64,000 nt of DNA from positions 248,001 through 312,000 of the forward strand of contig CAJFCJ010000024.1 of assembly GCA_904063045.1 (NCBI GenBank), written 5' to 3'. A program made the translations under genes and the position numbers. The notes beneath the pieces were generated by a model. That model saw nothing but the letters and a program-made list of their open reading frames with translations, made no database searches and was not told the DNA's origin. Shown piece by piece: positions 51,804 to 64,000 of this stretch (position 1 is the stretch's first letter; each line of letters opens with the position of its first letter). The stretch comes from Dimorphilus gyrociliatus. Lineage: Eukaryota > Animalia > Annelida.

Positions 51804-53730
51804 TCCTTTAAGAGAGTTCTTTTCTTTCGTTTTAATCTAAAATATATACATAACAATAATAATAATAAAGTATAAATTGCATCATTGTAACAATTCTATT
51901 TCAGAAAGAAAATCAAATAAGTAAAAGGTGTAGCACCTTCATAATTCCTGTAGATGAGTTTCAGACGGATAGAAATTAACTATTGAAGTAAGGCGACACG
52001 TAGACTGTTTCTTTAAACAGAATAATACAACTCACTCAATGCAACGAAAACAAAAACAATCATGAAAAGTAAAAAGCTATTTTCATATTTGTGAATTTTT
52101 CAAAACTGTTCCGGCTAAACTGCACCCATATTTTTATCTATAAGTGTACTATTTATACTCTTGAACTTCATTGTCGTCATTTTTGACAATATAGGCACGT
52201 ACCTTTAAAGACGATTAAGCAGATATACTGTATATTAAATTTTAGAATTTGTTTAATATTGAATACATTTCACCCCGATACATGTTGTATTGTTCCATTT
52301 AATTTTATTCTTAAATAAGTATTATATTAATTTATTTACACGTTATAGAATATTTTTGATTTCTTGTTTGTTCGAATGAAAATAATCAGTAAACTCTAGT
52401 TCAACTCAACTAATCAATATCGGTCACCAAAATTTTTATTCAGAACAGAGACTGATTTTTAATTCTGAGAATATGATACACAATCATTCTATTAAATATT
52501 ACTTTGTATATATTTATAAATGTTTTATTATGGGAAGCGAATGAATGAATACTTTTTTATGTTATTATTTCGAATTCGTCGAATAAAAAGAGTGCTACGA
52601 AAGCTGGATACATAACAAAGTCTTTATTCTTAAAGATTAAGGAAAGAAATTATGGTCTGGATAACAAAGACAAAGAATTTATCCTACCTTAAAATTAACA
52701 AATTATCCGTCGATTTGTTAACTTGATATGTTGTGCTGTCCAATCAACTATAGCATATACATTTTTACGGAAGTTACGCGTAGTAGTGCCACGCTGTAAT
52801 ATGGTTCGTGACCGTTTCAAAGATAGCTATAACTATAAAGTTAGAGTAACCAGCAGTCTATCAAATTATCTAGTAATAAACTTTTGACAGTCATTTTTGC
52901 ATTACAAGTTTACCAGTTTATCATTTTGTTAGAGTCTAAGAAACTTAAGAGTAATAGCCATAAAAATTTTCAGATAAATCAGCCAGTGAAGCCAAAAATC
53001 CCTCAAATATGTATTCTTTCAAAAGAGCCAGCGTTAAAAACATAGAAACTTCAATATAATGAACAATGACCCAGGGAAAAAAATGAATGAGGCGATTGAT
53101 TACATCTCACATAAAGAGACGTTAAATTCATTGTTCCAGCATGATTACTAATTTAGAGAGCGACAAAAACAATTTGTTACTGTAGTGTGCATCACTAAAT
53201 CGCCTACAGAGAGTAGTAGCCACGATTTGAAAAATGGGAATAAAACGTAAAAATCATGCCTTGTGATCTAGATAGAAGAGGCGATTTAATCAAGATGACA
53301 ATGAAAAAATTAGGCATGATTCGAAGAGACTGACAATGTAAAATGATACATTGTAACCTATTGTAAGAATAGTATTACCCGATGGAACACACTTTCAAAA
53401 TTCAACTTTCTAATTCGAGCGGAATGTCAAATTATACATTTATATGATAAAAGAAGGTTCATAGATTAAAATTCAATGAACTACAGCTATTTCAACTTTA
53501 AACAACAAAATAGATGGCCTAGTGAACATCTAATTAAATTCACTTTGTTTTCATTGACTGGTTGGCTCGTCTATTCTTTTTTAATTATAATAGCAGTGAT
53601 TTTTACAAAGTGTGTTTTATCAAGGTATATTCATCTTTGAGTAATAGTATTCTTTTAGGTATTCTCTAACATGGCATAGATCCATTGGGCTGCATATGTT
53701 AAAAGAAAAAGTATAAAAATTAAGAATCGC

Positions 53731-58213
<4,483 letters not shown>

Positions 58214-58395
58214 GATCCCTGAATCAAATACGTACGATGCACATGCGCAACCGGAAGTTTAAACAAATGTATCTTCGTATAAAATATGTATTATAATATT
58301 AAAGGTTTATTAATCATTTTTAGACTAATCGTAAATTTTAAACATATGAAAATATACTATAATTTTTTTAATTTTCATCATATGTTTAAATTGTT

Positions 58396-58408
58396 TGCCA
58401 TCTAGCGG
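58396..58408 (-). promoter_or_regulatory. CTCF-like motif in the SRPK/NLR divergent promoter
   Basis: Minus strand reads CCGCTAGATGGCA. ACCGGAAGT (ETS) and ATGCGCA (NRF1-like) occur nearby at ~58240-58258. Confidence 0.5.
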
Positions 58409-58842
58409 TAAGGCGCAGACAGTATAAAGTAAACGAAAGAGAGTTAAAACTATTAAAGTCATATAAAATTTCAAGTGAAACGTGCTTAGTAAAATTTCTT
58501 AAGATCTCAAATACAAGAGGAAATATAAATTATATCTTCTCTTTTTTTTAATTTAAACTATTTTTATTTAATTGAACAAAAACTTTACTCTCTATGCAAG
58601 ATTGCGGTAAGGCCTGCAGTTGGCCGAAATCCAAGTTAGCACTTGGCATATCAGCTTATTCAGTTAAACAGAGCAGACATAGTTAAGCGTATATGACGGA
58701 AATTCTAATACTATAACAACCAGAAAAACAAGAAAATTCATGTATAGTTATTGAGAGAAATCAGTAAGTTGCATGTAATCGAAATATTTTTATTATACAT
58801 ATTATTACCTAAAATGTATTTACACAGATCGCAATAAATAAT

Positions 58843-61829
58843 ATGGAAGGGCTGATATTAGCCGCTCGTAAACAATATCAGAGCGAAATGCAACAGCAGG
58901 CTCGTTTTGAGACGCGCATAGGCCTGCATAAAACTTCAGACGCTAACCCTAAAAATATACAGATGGGTATGGTAGCCGTCTATACATTCTTTCGAATATC
59001 TGCACCTAGGAAGAAGGGAACTAGACTATTTGTTGTCCAAGGTGACGCAGGTGCTGGAAAGAGTGAATTTATAAAGAATATGATTTATGATTGGGCGCAC
59101 AACAAGGCAAGATTTTCCTTAATCTTTAAAAAAAAATCTATAAAAATACTTAATTCCAATAGCTAAGACGTTCTAAGTAGAAAAATGTGTTTTTCTTCTT
59201 TTGAATTTTCTAAATAAGTGTATTTTAATTTCTTGTGAAGATTGATAACCTTTAATAAGATATTCTTTCATATTCTTTAATCTCATCTAAAACACTGAAA
59301 ACGTTCTTTCTATTACTATTCCCATTATTTTCTCCTATTCTAGTCTTAATCTTAAATCTTCGAATAAAAAACAATTACAATAGAAAAAATACCGATTAAT
59401 TATATAAATATATATATATATATACCTTTTAGTTCAAGTTCATACTATTTATTTCAATACTTTAGTAGCCATAAACTTCATTACCTAATTTTTTAAACAT
59501 TAATCAATTAACTAATCCATATGTTTTTTCTTTTAAAGATTTTTATCAATATACAACTCTTCCAAGAATCAGTTGTATCTCTCGTAAATCCCGTAACTTA
59601 GTAACCAAAATTAAAAATATTGTATGTTTAGGCCTATAGCCACCTGTTTTTGTATAAAAGAGCCTTTAAAAATATTCTATATCCTACCTTTGAAATTTTA
59701 TTTTTTATATATAATTTTTTTAAATCAAAAGGATGACAAGGATTTGAAAATGTTCGATATCTTAATGGCTTTGGATGCTGCTAGGATAAAACCTCAATAT
59801 GACTTTTATGACATGTTAAGAAAGCGAGCATTTACAAAGTATAATACCAAAGACGTTGCAAAGTTACTGCAAAATGACAGTAATTATAAACTACTATTGG
59901 CTATTGATGGTGCTGATGATGCTAGAACAATAAATTTAGTAAACTTGTGTATGGAAAAGGTTAATGAAATTCCAAGTGATATTACAATAGTTGTAACTTG
60001 TCGACCGTGGATAGCTGATAAGTTTATTCAACAACATTCTGGTGCAGTAATCCAGTTGGAATTGAACCATTTTATTATTCAACAGAGACGTTTGGTTTTT
60101 AAACTAAATGATATTTCGGATGATAATATTTCCTTTATCGAAAGTGAAATTGAAAAGTTCAAGCTGGATGAAAACCTGTATACAAATCCACTTTGCGTTT
60201 TCCTTGCTGCTCATGTTTGGAGAGATAAAGGGTTATTATGCAAAACAAAGATTGAACTTTACGAAGAAACAGCTGCTCTATTGCATCAGTTTCTCAAACT
60301 TAAGGATTTGAATAGTCAAATGTTACTTTGGAAACAAGTTTACAAAGATGTTAAAGAATGTTCAACAAACTCTGCAGATAAACAAAAAAAAAATTCAGTC
60401 TCATCTGGTTATCCGAGTGATTCTAAATTATTTTTAAAAATCAGATCAATAAGGGAATTTCTAGCGGCGAATTACATAATTAATACACTACCTCCTCAGA
60501 ATGTCAAGGATACAAATATTCCTCTTACTGAGTGGAATCATATTCTTGCATTAACTCAGACTTTAAAATTTTGTTGTGCCCTCTCAATCCAAGCGGCAGA
60601 GATACTTCTGCCAATCGTTCACTCCGTAATTTTACAAAAGCCCGAAGGTCGTGTCAAAGTCAACCAGGACACTTTTCACCCTTATATATTACATTTAAAC
60701 ATTTGGCAAGGTCCAATAAATGTAATCGTTGATCAGGTTACTTGAGTATTTACATTAGAGATTAAAATAACATTAGATTATTAATAATTAACCAATTTTG
60801 TAACGATAGGTTCAATACAACGTTGAAGAAGAATGCTTAAGCGCTCTACACAACACACCTGAAGACTCAAGTCCTCTCCGTCAGTTATTCCCCTACGCTG
60901 TTTGGTACGTAGGGCACACTCCAAAAGTAATGCCAATACCTAAATTCGTCCAAGTTATCGTCCTCAAGGGGCAGGTCCTCGATAGAACTCTTCGCTATAC
61001 GTCCAACCTCCGCATTTTAAACCTCCAAGAAGTTGTCGATCTTGACCAAGTTGGGTCATTTACCAGGTTTTCACAAGATATAATGCAGTCTCGACCGCCA
61101 ATTAGGCAAATAAGAATGGTAGCTTGTGGGTTAGATAGCAACAAATGTCAAGAACTATGTTCATCGTTTCCAATGTTACAATTCCTAACTCATTTAGATG
61201 TTCACGAGAATTATGACATGACAATTGGTGCAGAGTTATTGTTGAAATCTCTAGCAACTGGCGAAGTTCCATTGACCTACTTAAATATGGAAACCTGTGG
61301 TATAACAGAAACAATTTGCCCTGACATCTCATCTTATTTAGTGAAATTAGTGTGTAATTTGGATAAAAATAAAAAAAAATAGTCTACTAAATAAGCCCAT
61401 ACATAATACTCGTAAACTAATATGGGCTATCTATCATACTGTCCTTTATATATATGTATAACTATTCCTATGAGAATTTATCCAACTTAAACACTAAAAT
61501 AATGCTAGCCTCTTTTAAAGAATGTCAATTTTTCAAGAAATCCATTAAGAAGAGGAGCGGTATCTATATTAATAGCTTTATCTACATCTGCTGTTGACCT
61601 GGAGGAGTTACGCCTGGCTTTTTGTAATATGCCTTTGGATATGGCAGATGAAGTAGTTACGCAATTATCGAAAATGAAGAGATTAAATGTTTTAGATTTG
61701 AGATTTAATCATTTCCAACACAGAGTAGTCGATATTCTTTCTGTTTTAAAGCGATTAGAAAAGAAGGTTGAAGTTCGCCTGCAGTACAATTATCCACAGG
61801 AAGAGGGAAATACCGATCTGTTCACTTGA
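58843..61829 (+). CDS. NACHT-LRR (NLR-type) protein
   Basis: Walker A GDAGAGKS, Walker B LLLAIDGADD, sensor-1 VVTCR, YTNPL motif, then LRRs (LQFLTHLDVHEN, LTYLNMETCGI, LEELRLAFCNM, LNVLDLRFNHF). Confidence 0.85.
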
Positions 61830-63797
61830 TTATCATTTAACTCGTCCAAAATATATTATAGACAAAAGACTGTAACTTAAAATCCATTCGAAAGGAATTT
61901 GGGAGGTATCATCTGCACTTCTACTCTCCTTAAAGAATCGTCCAAGAAAATGGCACTCATATCGTTATATTGATTTACTTCCAAGGTTTAGCTCTAATGT
62001 CAGTTGACTTAAAATAGAAACCTATTGTATATACGTATTTATTTATAAAAACTGCTTAAGCCTCTAAATAAGTAATCTTTTATATGACTATTGTCTTATT
62101 AACTGTTGATATCTATAAGAAGTAACGGTTACACGTAATTGTAATAAAACTATTTATAAATATTATTAGTAAATTATAGCTAATAGCTACATGTTATGGC
62201 CGAAAAAACTAGAAGTTGGACAGTAATATGTCTATATATGAGAGAATGAATAGAAATTTAGGTTATGCTAATAACGTGTTAATATTTGTGGCTTAGTTTG
62301 ATTAGCCTTTAGGTTGCAGAAAAAGAAATAGCATGTCTTTTTTTATCTCTAAAAACTTTAATAAATCTGTTTTCTTTTTCAAAAATACTCCTGTTTATTT
62401 TTTACTGTTATATTTTTTATATCAATATTTAGTTTTACAGAGAGCCAATCTATTCTAAGAAGAGAGTATTGCATTATAAAGGATTCATTATTTATTATCC
62501 TTGAACTTTAACCTTAACTTTCTCTCTCATATCCCTCTTTAGTTGGTATTTTTTCCTTGCCAATTGTAAAGATTATGTGAGGTATATAGAGAAAACATTT
62601 GCATGTTCTCTGTCTTCACTTTTCTATCAATCTCTATTCCTCTCTCTTTTTCTCTCACTCTTTCGCTCTCTCATCTGTCTGTCAGTCTCTCTCTCTCTAT
62701 CTCTATCTCTTTCTCTTCCTACTCTATTCTATTTTATGTGAACCCTTATTTAAACATCTGAAAATATCTTTGTAGAAACCTTTCAAAATTTGCTTTTAAC
62801 CAATCTTTTAACTGTAAAAAATATCTGGCTAAATCCTTTCATTTCTCCACTAGCAGGCTCTATTGACCCGAACTAGTGCTGTAATGCAGCATAATAATCA
62901 GCGAGTTACCTATAGTAGGCTGGCATTTACTGCGTAATAATCCTACAGTCATAATAACTAAAGCTTAAGACGAAGCATTAATCTTTCTATCCGAAAGATT
63001 TATAGTAGAACGTAGAATTGTGGAAAGATTATAATAATAGCTAAGAAAAAATAATATTTATTAACATAGCTCGTAAAAAAATTTCTTAGTCAGTGTGTAT
63101 GTATTATTCATTATTTAACTAGTAAAGAGAGCGTTACGGGTGGGGGGTAAGGAAGGAAAAAAAAATAACTTGCTCCTTAAAATCTTATATAGGCCGATTA
63201 TTTGTCAGAATGCATATACACACTCTTTATACAATAAATACATTATGGCATATAGTATTAAGATTGATATTAAAGAGTAGAAAAGAGAGAAATTTGGTCG
63301 ATTAGTTATTGATTTTATATATATTTGATAATATATATATATAATATATTAGTACTATATATAAACTATTTTGTGGAAAAGCATGAAATATAAGTTAATA
63401 TAAGTATAACTGATAAAGAATACTTTTTTTATTAGAACTCAATAAAAAATTGAAAATTACTAATAAATTCGAGACTTGAATAGAATAAACTTGTATTTTT
63501 TATACTTTATTTATGTATACATTCTATTTTATTATGTAATTTAAACTAAATTTTGTCCTTGTAATGCTTTTATACTAGTTTTTTTTATTTCTTTGCTTTC
63601 TAAAATAGATATTTTGACCGATTATGGTAAAACATTAACTACAATAGCAAAACATAACTAGGACTTTGTTAAAATCAAGTAAAAGGTCATTCAAAGTTCC
63701 CTTTTTCTCTTCTATATAGATTCTTCTAAAGTAGAAAAAACACTTTTTTCTCTTTTCTATTCGTTTCTAAATTCATTATTTCTAGTGCAGCTTTGTT

Positions 63798-63997
63798 TTA
63801 TACTCTAGTTAAGGGATGTTGACCTCTAATTGGTTTAGGGTTCAATTGATATTGATACTTTGGTGTTTGTGGATCATAGTTTTCGGGTCTTCTTAATCCT
63901 GGTCCTTTAACATTCAATATCGTACTGGCGTATGCTCCAAAATAATTGCTAAACCTCGATTTTGGTAGGATTCCTCCAGCATAGATTCTGATTTTAC
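63798..63997 (-). CDS. Terminal coding exon of a gene extending beyond the window
   Basis: After a CAG acceptor at 64000-63998 an open frame reads GKIRIYAGGILPKSRFSNYFGAYAST...GQHPLTRV to TAA at 63800-63798; product not recognised. Confidence 0.5.
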
Positions 63998-64000
63998 CTG

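Noticed and set aside
50477-51840. Overlapping ORFs 50477-50809 (-), 50656-50937 (+), 51469-51840 (+)
   Set aside because: Alternative-frame or antisense shadows of highly conserved GMPPB.

Overview
AT-rich, gene-dense eukaryotic (animal) DNA. Most introns are about 55-80 bp and intergenic gaps are short. This fits a compact invertebrate genome, probably a spiralian (inference; species not determinable from sequence alone). About 20 spliced or single-exon protein genes were reconstructed by hand: adhesion-GPCR-like ectodomain, a ~10 kb coiled-coil gene, SLC7A14-type cationic amino-acid transporter, Elk/TCF ETS factor, an unknown Pro-rich protein, RANGRF/Mog1, a mucin-type single-pass protein, TMEM17, a KNL1-like protein, two arrestin-fold paralogues flanking PIN4, PPP4R2, PEX10, GLT8D, an orphan ORF, GMPPB, SRPK, a NACHT-LRR receptor and the last exon of a gene leaving the window. 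No tRNA, rRNA, CRISPR or prokaryotic features were seen. Best leads: (1) a ~1.06 kb SLC7A14 intron bounded by ~34 bp inverted repeats, whose only frame-perfect splice has a non-GT donor (possible transposon-derived intron); (2) a sialomucin whose cytoplasmic tail resembles the vertebrate CD34/podocalyxin family; (3) an ATF4-like two-uORF leader on the transporter; (4) two arrestins with MG- N-termini and no PPxY tails; (5) a very short KNL1-like protein; (6) an NLR with no N-terminal effector domain. All exon structures are manual predictions, and all homologies are from recalled motifs, not database searches.
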